Positions 10,455 to 19,196 of a DNA stretch of 40,000 bases are shown one piece after another. This DNA comes from an uncultured phage cr50_1: sequence record MT774375.1. One strand, 5' to 3'. A program made the position numbers and the translations under genes. Within the stretch, counting starts at the first letter, position 1. Each line of letters begins with the position of its first letter. Below the pieces are notes generated by a model that had not been told where the DNA came from, did not search any database, and worked only from the letters and a program-made list of their open reading frames with translations.

Positions 10455-10605
10455 GATCTTCGCCTGCTAATTCCTCTACAATTACAGGCTCCATCTTCGG
10501 ATAAGGCATTACTACTAACTGAGCAATCTTTTCACCTGGTTGATAGATTGTAGGAAGAGCATCTGTAGTAATCTTGAATTTAACAAGAATCTCACCTTTA
10601 TAACC
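10351..10605 (-). CDS. dut: dUTPase, downstream exon
   Basis: Hand translation: GYKGEILVKFKITTDALPTIYQPGEKIAQLVVMPYPKMEPVIVEELAGEDRGGGFGSTDN...*, carrying dUTPase motifs IV/V. Confidence 0.88.
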   Translation of the reverse strand, partial: GYKGEILVKFKITTDALPTIYQPGEKIAQLVVMPYPKMEPVIVEELAGEDRGGGFGSTDNKEENENAEQGRESGATEGDNQSVQ

Positions 10606-11538
10606 CTTTATTAAGGTGTTGTTATATTATAAGGCTCTTTATCCTTATATTTCTACAGTTTCAATTTGTTATATCTGTAGTTCGGACTATATCATCACCG
10701 CTAAGCGGGCAGGGCACTCGTGTCAGCATTACTGTCCTCAGTAAGGACTCGGCTATTAGTCTCTGAACCTTCAAGAATGTTACCATTCAAGCTTGGCTGC
10801 TGATTGACCTCTTCAGGCTTTTCCAGCAATTCACCCCGTTTTAAGACTGCAGTTAATTTACCAGTTTTAGGATCTCTAATTTGAATACCTTCTAACATAT
10901 GAATTGTTTTATGTTCTGATCTAGTTACTGGCATTAAATTTTCTATTCTATTATCATTGTGATCGCCGTTTATGTGATGCACATTGATTTTTCTTTTTAA
11001 ATAGTACTTTCCATCAATAATTTCAAAGTATTTATTATTAAATAAATAATAATATTCTTCTATGATCAATCTGTGTTTGAGAACTCTATTGTTTCTATCC
11101 TTATTTGGATGTTCTGGACAATAAACTTTTATATCAACTAATTTATGATTGTTCCTCGTTAATTCTTTTCCTTTAAAAGAAGCGTTTAAGTCCCCTTTTA
11201 ATCCAAATTGGTGATTACCTTTTCCTAGATACAAAGTTTCTTTAAGTTTATTTGCACATTTTGTACTACAAAGAGAATGTTTATTTTTGTTAATCCAAGA
11301 CTGTTTTCTATGAAATTTCTTACCACATATTTCACATGTGCAATTTAGTTCTCCTTTTAAACTATCATGTTGACATTTGCTACTACAATACTTAGCTGTA
11401 TTTGTTCTAGAAGGTTTTACTTTGAACGTTTTACCACAAATTTTACAAATTAATTCCATTTTATAAATTCTTTTTGTAGAAAACGTAAGAAAATACTATG
11501 GGTTCTATTGATATGTATTAAAATACAATCAAAATTTT
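10606..11538 (-). other. Group I intron in the dUTPase gene, with an embedded HNH ORF
   Basis: Minus strand contains GAATTGCTGGAAAAGCC, TCAATCAGCAGCCAAGC, GGTTCAGAGACTA and GATGATATAGTCCGAAC. Splicing restores ...GVIDC|GYKGEIL... (252 + 255 nt, in frame). Confidence 0.88.
10701..11459 (-). CDS. Intron-encoded HNH endonuclease with Cys-rich N-terminus
   Basis: 252 aa; CKICGKTFKVKPS...YCSSKC, CEICGKKFHRKQS..., VHHINGDHNDNRIENLMPVTRSEHKTIH. Confidence 0.9.
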   Translation of the reverse strand: MELICKICGKTFKVKPSRTNTAKYCSSKCQHDSLKGELNCTCEICGKKFHRKQSWINKNKHSLCSTKCANKLKETLYLGKGNHQFGLKGDLNASFKGKELTRNNHKLVDIKVYCPEHPNKDRNNRVLKHRLIIEEYYYLFNNKYFEIIDGKYYLKRKINVHHINGDHNDNRIENLMPVTRSEHKTIHMLEGIQIRDPKTGKLTAVLKRGELLEKPEEVNQQPSLNGNILEGSETNSRVLTEDSNADTSALPA

Positions 11539-11790
11539 ACAGTCTATAACACCTACAGCATTACACATTGACATAGATCTCTGAGAAATAGACGATCTCA
11601 TAAAGATCAAACCCACATGACCTTCAGGAATCTCTACTGACAAACCTGTATGATATACTAATACTAACTTACCACTCTTATCAAATTCTTGAGTAAAGGA
11701 GACTGCTGTTAAATCTAATCCAGCATCATTAGGATTAGCGTAACTGGGTAATACTGCGTCTTCTTGTAATTTCTTAAATTTTAATTCCAT
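11539..11790 (-). CDS. dut: dUTPase, upstream exon
   Basis: MELKFKKLQEDAVLPSYANPNDAGLDLTAV...LIFMRSSISQRSMSMCNAVGVIDC, dUTPase motifs I-III. Confidence 0.9.
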
Positions 11791-11876
11791 ATTATTTTCT
11801 TACTATATTGTTTCCTAATATTATTTCTGTCATTTGAGCTGCTAGATTTGCGGCATAATCTTCTACAAATTGACTT

Positions 11877-12287
11877 TCATTTACCTTTGATTGAATCTGT
11901 AGTAATAACTTTACTATTAGTGCTTGATTTGCTAGTATTTGATCTAATTTTTCTTCCATGCTTTGCATAATATAACATAGCTATTGCATTAAAACACATT
12001 GCGGCTTCATGTCTCACTTTGGTTTCCTCATCAAATTCTTTAGTTTCTGCAGCATACAAATGTCTAAGAAGAGCACCTTTGTAACGTTCGTAACCGTTTT
12101 CTAAATTCTGCCACGTATTTTCACCATATTTCTTAGCACCCTCTGTATACACTCTAGCGATATCTTCCAGACAATCCAGTGGTATTAACTCCCATCTTGT
12201 TTTATCATCTATACGATCGTTCTTTCTTGCTTTATCTTCCATAGTACTTATCATAAAGTTTGTCAAAAATGACGGGTATTTGTTCAT
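11877..12287 (-). CDS. DUF5664-like dATP/dGTP diphosphohydrolase-type protein
   Basis: RWELIPLDCLEDIARVYTEGAKKYGENTWQN...RYKGALLRHLYAAE...HEAAMCFNAIAMLYY. Confidence 0.7.
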   Translation of the reverse strand: MNKYPSFLTNFMISTMEDKARKNDRIDDKTRWELIPLDCLEDIARVYTEGAKKYGENTWQNLENGYERYKGALLRHLYAAETKEFDEETKVRHEAAMCFNAIAMLYYAKHGRKIRSNTSKSSTNSKVITTDSIKGK

Positions 12288-12879
12288 GTAATTGTTTAAG
12301 TAAATCCAGAGCCAATACTCTAATATCTGGATGAGCTGCAGTAGAACATCTAAGAGTTAAGAAATGTAGCCACTCCCTTAAATTTGCTTTACAATTAATT
12401 TCAGTCTTAGTAGCATTTGGTAATATTTCTCTAGCTTCCTGTGCTAAGAAACCTCTTTTGTTTATTAAGTTATTGTAATAACTCTCACAATCTGCTAAAT
12501 ACTTTCTAAAATCTTCTTTGTCTATTTCATCCTCTGATTGATTATACCAAGTAGGTAATATAAAAGTAATTTCATTGTTAAATTTATCTTTACTATAATT
12601 GCAATATCTTTGACTTTCCATCGCAAATGACATCAATCTGTGTCTAACTATTTCGTGACTTATTGATCTACTACAGATAAATTTCACAGTAACGTCAGCA
12701 AATTCAATCATTGCAAAATGGTTAGAATTAATTAATCTTTCTACTAAAGCTTTGTCGGATTCTGGAGTACTAGAAGCTTCTGACTTGTAGCAAGTTCTAG
12801 CAACAGCAGCAATACGATTGATTATTTCCTCACCATTCAACTTATCAAGTATTTTTACTTCAGACTTAATTAATTTCAT
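12232..12879 (-). CDS. thyX: Flavin-dependent thymidylate synthase
   Basis: RSISHEIVRHRLMSFAMESQRYCNY (ThyX signature region); C-terminal LREWLHFLTLR. Confidence 0.93.
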   Translation of the reverse strand: MKLIKSEVKILDKLNGEEIINRIAAVARTCYKSEASSTPESDKALVERLINSNHFAMIEFADVTVKFICSRSISHEIVRHRLMSFAMESQRYCNYSKDKFNNEITFILPTWYNQSEDEIDKEDFRKYLADCESYYNNLINKRGFLAQEAREILPNATKTEINCKANLREWLHFLTLRCSTAAHPDIRVLALDLLKQLHEQIPVIFDKLYDKYYGR

Positions 12880-13334
12880 TTGACTTTCCTTTTGTTTCTA
12901 TATTGTATATAATCATCCAATTGTTCTACACACCATGTAACTAAGTAAGCATATTGTTCATTTCCTTCATTATATCCTTCAGCATTCATTTTTAAGAAGT
13001 CATATACAGCATCTGCATAGTGTATAGATTCATGAGCTAACGTTGAACTAGAGTAATCACCAATTAATATTAGTATACCAATGGCTCTTGTATTCTTTTC
13101 TCTTACCAAGTAAGTTGCAGCTGATGCATTTACTGGTTTGCTTGGTCCACCATTTACTTCATCATTTCTAAGATTATCTGTAGTTATAAAAAAGTCAAAG
13201 AAATTATTTACATCATCCCAATCATCAATTAAGGCTACATATAAATTAATCGGATACAGATTCTGATATAGAAATGCTTTTGTCTTTTTGTTTTTCATAT
13301 TTTTTCTTAGGTTTGATTTTGAATAAGTAACCAA
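12876..13334 (-). CDS. Hypothetical protein with a HExxH-like motif
   Basis: 152 aa; SSSTLAHESIHYADAVYDFL. Confidence 0.55.
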   Translation of the reverse strand: MVTYSKSNLRKNMKNKKTKAFLYQNLYPINLYVALIDDWDDVNNFFDFFITTDNLRNDEVNGGPSKPVNASAATYLVREKNTRAIGILILIGDYSSSTLAHESIHYADAVYDFLKMNAEGYNEGNEQYAYLVTWCVEQLDDYIQYRNKRKVK

Positions 13335-13485
13335 ACATTATAGCTTTCATATCATCTTCGTTGGATATTATTCTATTTGCAAATCTAAAAGGATAGTTAC
13401 ATATTACTTCTATTACTTGATGTGGAATATTGTATTTATTTGCCAATTGTACATAAATACTAGAAGTCTTTTCCTTTTGAATCAT
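13246..13485 (-). CDS. Small hypothetical protein
   Basis: 79 aa ORF in a compact array; overlaps the next ORF. Confidence 0.45.
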   Translation of the reverse strand: MIQKEKTSSIYVQLANKYNIPHQVIEVICNYPFRFANRIISNEDDMKAIMFGYLFKIKPKKKYEKQKDKSISISESVSD

Positions 13486-13870
13486 ATAATACTTTATAGT
13501 ATTTGTTCTGGAGTAATCCAGAGATAGAGAAGTTTGAAGAATTAATGGTTGATGGTCTTACTGAATTTATAATAGTAAACATATCATCCATCTTACTATT
13601 GTTAGACACAAACTCTGTGGCTACTAATTTTAATTCTTCTTTCTCCTTTTTGCTATATTGTTTAATAGGTTCTAAGAAGATGTATCTTTCTTCATCAGGT
13701 ACTTTAACATTCGTGAGTTCTACAAATATCGAACTATTGTCATAATATATTTTGTATTCATTGAATGGTAATTCCTTTTTTGTAATCTTACTCCATAATT
13801 GTTTAAAGAAACCATAATTCTTATAGATGCATATAGAACCTGCTTTAATATCTAAACGCTTTGCTTTCAT
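13460..13870 (-). CDS. Hypothetical protein
   Basis: 136 aa ORF in a compact array. Confidence 0.5.
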   Translation of the reverse strand: MKAKRLDIKAGSICIYKNYGFFKQLWSKITKKELPFNEYKIYYDNSSIFVELTNVKVPDEERYIFLEPIKQYSKKEKEELKLVATEFVSNNSKMDDMFTIINSVRPSTINSSNFSISGLLQNKYYKVLYDSKGKDF

Positions 13871-14232
13871 TTTATTTTCAGTATTATCGTCAATTGTAAA
13901 CGATCTCCAATTATGATTGGTATCAGAGCCTTATTTACACTAAGTTCGTCTTCAGCAGGTCCAGCTATTAAAATACCTTTCTCTTTGAAAGACTTAATGT
14001 ATCTACTTAGGTTATCCTTAGTAATACCTAAATTATCGATAATGTATTTTCTATTAACTCTGTTGGCTACATTCTTATTAGTATTTGGTTCTTTAACATA
14101 TTCCATATCTAATTTAATAAGTGTTGCCATTAATTCAAGTTCTCTATCGGTTAACCTAAGTATGCCATTAAGTGCTCGTAAAAACTCTGGTATCAATTCA
14201 TGGTTTGATACGGTTTTTACTAATTTATTCAT
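13867..14232 (-). CDS. Possible winged-helix/HTH protein
   Basis: LTDRELELMATLIKLD...RKYIIDNLGITKDNLSRYIKSFKEKGIL resembles an HTH domain. Confidence 0.55.
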   Translation of the reverse strand: MNKLVKTVSNHELIPEFLRALNGILRLTDRELELMATLIKLDMEYVKEPNTNKNVANRVNRKYIIDNLGITKDNLSRYIKSFKEKGILIAGPAEDELSVNKALIPIIIGDRLQLTIILKIK

Positions 14233-14638
14233 TTATAATAGCTTCGAATTTATTTAACAATTTCATCATGTTAAAGTATACAGTGTCGTGCTCTACCTTT
14301 ACACATGTTTGAATTTTGCCATCATTATATTTCTTTTCGATGTTAGCCTTACGTTGATTATAAGTATTCTTTAATTGAGCAATTAATTGAGCTACTTTCT
14401 TAATCTTATTAAGATTATCATCATCAGGATCTTTAGTATTTGAAATTGGTTCTAATAAACCAGACTTTGCATACTCTTCGGCCATATCTGTATTAAATGC
14501 TACTCTTGTAAAAGAGTAAAAATCATTCATTCCAGTCGATAGTTCATTTTCAAACTTGAAAATATCACCATCTAATTTCAAAACATCACCTACCTTCAAA
14601 GTACCAAAAGGTTTAATTACTTTATATTCTGTAACCAT
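14225..14638 (-). CDS. Hypothetical protein
   Basis: 137 aa ORF in a compact array. Confidence 0.5.
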   Translation of the reverse strand: MVTEYKVIKPFGTLKVGDVLKLDGDIFKFENELSTGMNDFYSFTRVAFNTDMAEEYAKSGLLEPISNTKDPDDDNLNKIKKVAQLIAQLKNTYNQRKANIEKKYNDGKIQTCVKVEHDTVYFNMMKLLNKFEAIINE

Positions 14639-14833
14639 TTATTTTATAATATTTAAAATTTGTTTCATTTTATCCTCACCTATCTTTCTAGTAGAAATAG
14701 TAGTCTCTATTCCAAGTCCAGAACAAGGATCTTTCCAAGCTTTACACACTTTACAGTATTCCTTACTCTTACGTTTAGAATCAAATGGACATTTATCTTT
14801 AACTGATGTGATAGTTATTCGGTAATCTGACAT
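14639..14833 (-). CDS. Small Cys-containing protein
   Basis: 64 aa; CPFDSKRKSKEYCKVCKAWKDPC, possible metal-binding knuckle. Confidence 0.5.
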   Translation of the reverse strand: MSDYRITITSVKDKCPFDSKRKSKEYCKVCKAWKDPCSGLGIETTISTRKIGEDKMKQILNIIK

Positions 14834-14837
14834 AGTG

Positions 14838-15134
14838 TTATTTTTTAATAATTCTAAGTGCCAACTTGATCCATTTATTTAAATCAAATTCAGGATCTTT
14901 TTCAGATACAATTCTACATTTATCTGGAGAATCACATATTTCATATTGTTTAGGCTGGGTTACTAAACCCATTAAATTCAAAGCTTCTTTCTGTGTAAGA
15001 ACTACTTCTGTAGCTCCTTCCTTTGAAGGATTGTTAAGATCTTCTGGAACGAATACTTTAACAGTACCATCTTGTTGGAATTGAATGAATTTTGAATGTT
15101 CACCTAACATGTTATTCATCATTTGTTGAATCAT
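14838..15134 (-). CDS. Hypothetical protein
   Basis: 98 aa ORF. Confidence 0.5.
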   Translation of the reverse strand: MIQQMMNNMLGEHSKFIQFQQDGTVKVFVPEDLNNPSKEGATEVVLTQKEALNLMGLVTQPKQYEICDSPDKCRIVSEKDPEFDLNKWIKLALRIIKK

Positions 15135-15198
15135 GTCTATATAACGGTATCATTTAAAAAAAGTTGCATATTTTATACAATTATTTTGAAATAAAAAA

Positions 15199-15220
15199 GG
15201 GGTCAACATTTGTCAACCCC
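15199..15220 (-). terminator. Rho-independent-like terminator of the minus-strand block
   Basis: Minus strand GGGGTTGACAAATGTTGACCCC followed by TTTTTTA. Confidence 0.6.
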
Positions 15221-15260
15221 TAGTACATCCAACTACAACCACGATTAATTAAGACTACGC

Positions 15261-15650
15261 TTAGTCTTTAAAATATTTATCTTTCCTAATATAAGCTACT
15301 ACATTATAAGGATTTACCAATTGACTATCTTTGAATAGATCAAAATCAATTGACGATTTCCTAGGATATGCAACTACATCACCTACTTCAGGATGATTGT
15401 CAGGATCAGACCATTGATATCCTGATGGAAGGGAAAGTACAATACCTTTTCTGAAGATAGTTAATACCTTTTCCTTGACAGTTTCACTGTCTGTGATCTC
15501 ATATCCATTTTCATCTTTCTTTCCAGTATGTACTGGCTTAATAATTTCTTTCTCTACATACTCATCTTCTAAGGGTTTTACAATCATATCCTTAGTAGGA
15601 GTATAATCTAAACCTGCTAATACAGTTTCTAATATCTTATCTTGCTCCAT
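15261..15650 (-). CDS. Hypothetical protein
   Basis: 129 aa ORF. Confidence 0.55.
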   Translation of the reverse strand: MEQDKILETVLAGLDYTPTKDMIVKPLEDEYVEKEIIKPVHTGKKDENGYEITDSETVKEKVLTIFRKGIVLSLPSGYQWSDPDNHPEVGDVVAYPRKSSIDFDLFKDSQLVNPYNVVAYIRKDKYFKD

Positions 15651-15681
15651 GTTGCCTAAACGTGCTTAATTAATTTTTGTT

Positions 15682-15864
15682 CTATTGTTCTTTGAAAATT
15701 ACACCACCAGTACAACAAACTTTGTGTGCTAGTATTGGACAATTTTTATCTTGAAAACAACAACCATCACAAAATCCTTGTGGATGTTTGATTATTGTAT
15801 ATTTTTTGTTATTTATCTCTATAAAGCCATTTCTTAAGGCTTCGTAAGCTTCTGGTTCTCCCAT
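15682..15864 (-). CDS. Small Cys-rich protein
   Basis: 60 aa; HPQGFCDGCCFQDKNCPILAHKVCC. Confidence 0.5.
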   Translation of the reverse strand: MGEPEAYEALRNGFIEINNKKYTIIKHPQGFCDGCCFQDKNCPILAHKVCCTGGVIFKEQ

Positions 15865-15866
15865 AG

Positions 15867-15971
15867 TTAGTAGTCAAATTCTTCGTCAATCTCTTCTAAT
15901 TCATTCTCCCACAAACTGTCAATAACATCTTCTACTGCTTCGTAGAATTCATATTCTTCATCATCGTACAT
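15867..15971 (-). CDS. 34-aa highly acidic peptide
   Basis: MYDDEEYEFYEAVEDVIDSLWENELEEIDEEFDY*, immediately upstream of the Cys-rich ORF. Confidence 0.4.
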   Translation of the reverse strand: MYDDEEYEFYEAVEDVIDSLWENELEEIDEEFDY

Positions 15972-16178
15972 ACTATGTAGTATTAGTTGATATATCTAGA
16001 GTAAGAGTAATATAATAGTTGTTATCCTAAGTAGGAGTAATGGTTTTATTGGTATCTAACTGCATTTAAACTACTACTATACCCTACTCTGGATGTAGGA
16101 ACGTATTACAGTTTAATTTTGTTCCATTATTAGTAAAATAAAAATATTTTTAACATTATTTATGATTATTTAACATAA

Positions 16179-16370
16179 TTACGAAAGTTTTGTAGATAAT
16201 TCATTAATCTGTTGCCTTAATTCGTTGACAAATTTAGTAGCACCTTTAGGTCCTGTATAGCCTAAATCGGGTATTCTATATATATGATCTCCAATACTAT
16301 CTATCCCATACACATTATTTTCCTTACTAAGGATAGCTTCTACCTCTTTAACTGTTAATTCTTTTAACAT
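16179..16370 (-). CDS. Small hypothetical protein
   Basis: 63 aa ORF. Confidence 0.45.
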   Translation of the reverse strand: MLKELTVKEVEAILSKENNVYGIDSIGDHIYRIPDLGYTGPKGATKFVNELRQQINELSTKLS

Positions 16371-16383
16371 AATTTAACTATTT

Positions 16384-16653
16384 TTAACGTATCTTATAAC
16401 CTAAAAGTGTTAATAATTCATAAAATTTGTTAATATCCCTAAAGTAAAGTGAATATGAAATCATCATATGAGCCATACCTTCCTCCATAGGATTCATTAA
16501 CCTAAGATCTGATACTTTCAAAGCTTTAGTACCATCAGCGCAATCCCATTCACTTACTCTAGCTCTTAATAGCTCAAAGTCACTAAATTCATAATAGAGT
16601 TGATTATCTTTAATTTCAAATCCTTTATCTTTTAATTCTTGTTCAAATATCAT
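16384..16653 (-). CDS. Hypothetical protein, first gene of the minus-strand block
   Basis: 89 aa ORF. Confidence 0.5.
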   Translation of the reverse strand: MIFEQELKDKGFEIKDNQLYYEFSDFELLRARVSEWDCADGTKALKVSDLRLMNPMEEGMAHMMISYSLYFRDINKFYELLTLLGYKIR

Positions 16654-16861
16654 ATTGCTGTTATTTAAATTCTAATTAGAGAACGAAAATGAATAATAAG
16701 TGTTGTAAAAATTTTTTATAAAAAATATTTTTGTGGGTATAATTGAAAGCGAGGACCAGTACAATATCAAGTCCCCTCTCCTAACAAGTAGGGGAAATCC
16801 CCCGTCAAAGAGTTAATGTGTTAATGAAACCTTATGGTGTATAGGTCAACCGTAAAGTATT
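16654..16861. promoter_or_regulatory. Divergent intergenic region at the strand switch
   Basis: Genes point left before 16653 and right after 16862. AT-rich stretch (aaaaattttttataaaaaatattttt) followed by hairpin-forming CCCCTCTCCTAACAAGTAGGGG/AAATCCCCC. Confidence 0.55.
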
Positions 16862-17461
16862 ATGGATTTGTCTATCAAAGGTAAAGACGTGAAGAATTAC
16901 GAACTCACTAAAGTAGAGGTAAAGACCTCTAAAGACGGCAAAGCACGCTATGCCGTATGTGAGTTCAAACAAGTTGGCTTAAGCAAACTATTGCAAGAGC
17001 AAGCTTCTGGTGTTACAATGCAGTTAATGGCTGCATATGGTAGTACTAAGGAACACGAAGATGCGTATTTCAAGCTGATAGAAGAGTCTATTGGTGAGAA
17101 GATGCTTATTTGTCGTGTTGAAGTGGCAGGCTTTCCTGACTTCATCCGTAAGGACAATGATGGTAAAATCATCACTGAGACTAAGGAAAGAGACGGTAAG
17201 CAAGTAAAAGTAGCTTCCATCTATAACTCTGTCTTCATCTATGCACTGTGTAATGATGAAGGTGAATGTATCAAGTCTGACGCAAGTCTTATCAAGCGTG
17301 GTGAGAACTCGTACAACAATTCTCAGCGCATTGTTGATTATGTTGAGTATGATACTAAGCGTAAAGCAGCTAAGGCAGCTAAAGAAGCAGCTAAGGCAGC
17401 TGAGGAGAATAAGTCTAATCCGTTGTTGGAGGGTGAAATAGTGGATGACGATGAGTTGTAA
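16862..17461 (+). CDS. Hypothetical protein with Ala/Lys-rich linker and acidic tail (SSB-like architecture)
   Basis: 199 aa; acidic C-terminus EGEIVDDDEL. Function not established. Confidence 0.55.
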   Translation: MDLSIKGKDVKNYELTKVEVKTSKDGKARYAVCEFKQVGLSKLLQEQASGVTMQLMAAYGSTKEHEDAYFKLIEESIGEKMLICRVEVAGFPDFIRKDNDGKIITETKERDGKQVKVASIYNSVFIYALCNDEGECIKSDASLIKRGENSYNNSQRIVDYVEYDTKRKAAKAAKEAAKAAEENKSNPLLEGEIVDDDEL

Positions 17462-17470
17462 TGAGTAAGT

Positions 17471-17498
17471 GGGAGGGAGTGGTAAACACCATCCTCTC
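17471..17498 (+). terminator. Hairpin downstream of the 16862 gene
   Basis: GGGAGG ... TGGT AAAC ACCA ... CCTCTC followed by pyrimidine/T-rich sequence. Confidence 0.4.
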
Positions 17499-17585
17499 TC
17501 CCCTCATTTTCACTCTTTTTCACACCAAGCCCATTAGTAATTTATATAATATATAGCGTAATTTAGAACATAAACAAAATCGGTC

Positions 17586-17768
17586 ATGAGTAACGGAACA
17601 AAAGCAACAATAGGATTTTACATAATGTCATGTTTATACCTATTATCAATAGGATTAGATCCAAAAGCGAAATTCTCAGCAATATTAGATATAATATTAG
17701 AATGGTCATTAGCTTATTGGATATTTATTGGAATATGTTACTTAATAATAAACTCATTTAATAAATAA
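17586..17768 (+). CDS. Small membrane protein
   Basis: 60 aa with hydrophobic segments (WIFIGICYLIINS). Confidence 0.5.
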   Translation: MSNGTKATIGFYIMSCLYLLSIGLDPKAKFSAILDIILEWSLAYWIFIGICYLIINSFNK

Positions 17769-17772
17769 TATC

Positions 17773-17982
17773 ATGAGCAAAAGAAAATATCACAAATCAA
17801 ATTGTGATGCCACAGTTAGGGCAATAGTCGAAGATGCACTAGGACGTAAAGTTATCCTAGTTGGAAAGCACGCTTTCGAATGGTCTATTATCCTCGAAAA
17901 AGAAGGAAGATTAGTAATAACTACATTTCCTAAGAGAGAACAAGCAGTAGACATATTTAACAAAAAGTACAGAAACAAATGA
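17773..17982 (+). CDS. Small hypothetical protein
   Basis: 69 aa ORF. Confidence 0.45.
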   Translation: MSKRKYHKSNCDATVRAIVEDALGRKVILVGKHAFEWSIILEKEGRLVITTFPKREQAVDIFNKKYRNK

Positions 17983-18025
17983 TATGTATACGTATCCAGT
18001 GTATGAAGTGATACACAACTTATAT

Positions 18026-18098
18026 ACTCCTATAGTTTAATGGAAAAACACTGGTAGTACATGCACCAGAGATTGATAGTTCGATTCTATCTAGGAGA
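18026..18098 (+). tRNA. tRNA-like element with a 9-nt anticodon loop (decoding function doubtful)
   Basis: ACTCCTA/TAGGAGA acceptor (6 of 7 pairs), D arm GTTT-AATGGAA-AAAC, stem CTGGT/ACCAG with loop AGTACATGC, T arm GATAG-TTCGATT-CTATC. Confidence 0.7.
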
Positions 18099-18119
18099 TC
18101 AAATTAAATCATTCAAGTT

Positions 18120-18326
18120 ATGAAAAAAGTATTATCATTCATTTGGACAACTATAAGAGTAACTATTTATATGATAGTATTACTCTTTTTGTTAGATGAT
18201 CCCATCCTTTATCCAGTGTGTGTAATACTATTTACATATGTTGAATGTAAGGATAAACTGAGTATTAGTGTTTTTCATGGTATTTTAGATGAAGTTAGAA
18301 AGGAAATTCAGAGCGACAACTCTTGA
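18120..18326 (+). CDS. Small membrane protein
   Basis: 68 aa; N-terminal hydrophobic IYMIVLLFLLDDPILYPVCVILF. Confidence 0.5.
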   Translation: MKKVLSFIWTTIRVTIYMIVLLFLLDDPILYPVCVILFTYVECKDKLSISVFHGILDEVRKEIQSDNS

Positions 18327-18340
18327 TAGCTTTCAGCTTG

Positions 18341-18368
18341 TACCCATCTGTTGTGAAACACGTGGGTA
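18341..18368 (+). promoter_or_regulatory. GUGA-tetraloop hairpin 1
   Basis: TACCCATCTGTT-GTGA-AACACGTGGGTA. Confidence 0.6.
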
Positions 18369-18409
18369 TATTTTCTTACCATTTGGCATAACAACAAATA
18401 TGGCAATTA

Positions 18410-18439
18410 TTGTACATGTGTTGTGAAATACGTGTACAA
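18410..18439 (+). promoter_or_regulatory. GUGA-tetraloop hairpin 2
   Basis: TTGTACATGTGTT-GTGA-AATACGTGTACAA, 13 bp with G.U pairs. Confidence 0.65.
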
Positions 18440-18596
18440 ATCTCCAGAGTAAAGACAACCTCATCGTAGCTAACATGCTTTATTATCTACAAATTATCCG
18501 TTTCTACATCTAGTTTATTTCTATCTGTTAGCGGGTTCTGGAGTCTAGTAGGTTTAAATTGCCGGGCTGAACGAATGCCAACGGCTACTGAAGCTA

Positions 18597-19001
18597 ATGT
18601 CTTTAAAACTTGATCATTTAAATATATTAAATATGATTCGAGTTATAGCGCAAAGGAGAGTACCATCTGCACATTCTTTTTTACAAAGAGTGAGGATGCT
18701 CCATAATACATTCAATATAAGTTATTTTAAGGCAATTAAACTAGCTTATAAATTGAATAAAGGCTATGGAATTGTAATCAATACGACCATGGCTAGTAAA
18801 GACCAAGGGATGATGCTTATGATGAGTGACATCCACAGTAAGTTGCATAGGATCTATGATACTCAATGGAAAATTGGTATCGAAGGATGTGGGCAACAAA
18901 CACCACTAAAAGATTACAAACAAATAATCGTTAGAGGTGGTTATAGGGTCTTTATCTCTCTAAAGCCCGGTTTTATAGATTCTAGATTAGAAATCTATTA
19001 A
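18597..19001 (+). CDS. Hypothetical protein
   Basis: 134 aa ORF; the first in-frame internal ATG gives a shorter protein. Confidence 0.5.
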   Translation: MSLKLDHLNILNMIRVIAQRRVPSAHSFLQRVRMLHNTFNISYFKAIKLAYKLNKGYGIVINTTMASKDQGMMLMMSDIHSKLHRIYDTQWKIGIEGCGQQTPLKDYKQIIVRGGYRVFISLKPGFIDSRLEIY

Positions 19002-19060
19002 TTGGGTAGGGGGATTATTCCCCCTTTAAATAGACTACTTGTTAACTCAAAACTCTATTT

Positions 19061-19088
19061 TCGGTATCTGTTGTGAAACACATACTGA
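19061..19088 (+). promoter_or_regulatory. GUGA-tetraloop hairpin 3
   Basis: TCGGTATCTGTT-GTGA-AACACATACTGA, with the same UGUU-GUGA-AACA tip and C.C mismatch as hairpin 1. Confidence 0.65.
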
Positions 19089-19097
19089 TTAAACTTA

Positions 19098-19159
19098 AAT
19101 CCTGAGTAAATACATGTAACAGCTTGGCGGCGTTAGTGGCTTATGGTTTACTCAGGATT
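19098..19159 (+). repeat. 13-bp perfect inverted repeat
   Basis: AATCCTGAGTAAA (19098-19110) and TTTACTCAGGATT (19147-19159). Confidence 0.8.
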
Positions 19160-19196
19160 ATTTATGTTGAATTATTAACAATAAAATATAATCAGT

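Noticed and set aside
12876-13334. Second confident metalloprotease (HESIH)
   Set aside because: Motif is present but surrounding sequence gives too little support for an enzymatic call; listed only as hypothetical.
18341-19088. CRISPR-like array because TGTTGTGAAACAC recurs
   Set aside because: Copies are few, irregularly spaced and embedded in different complementary flanks; they fit hairpins, not direct-repeat/spacer units.
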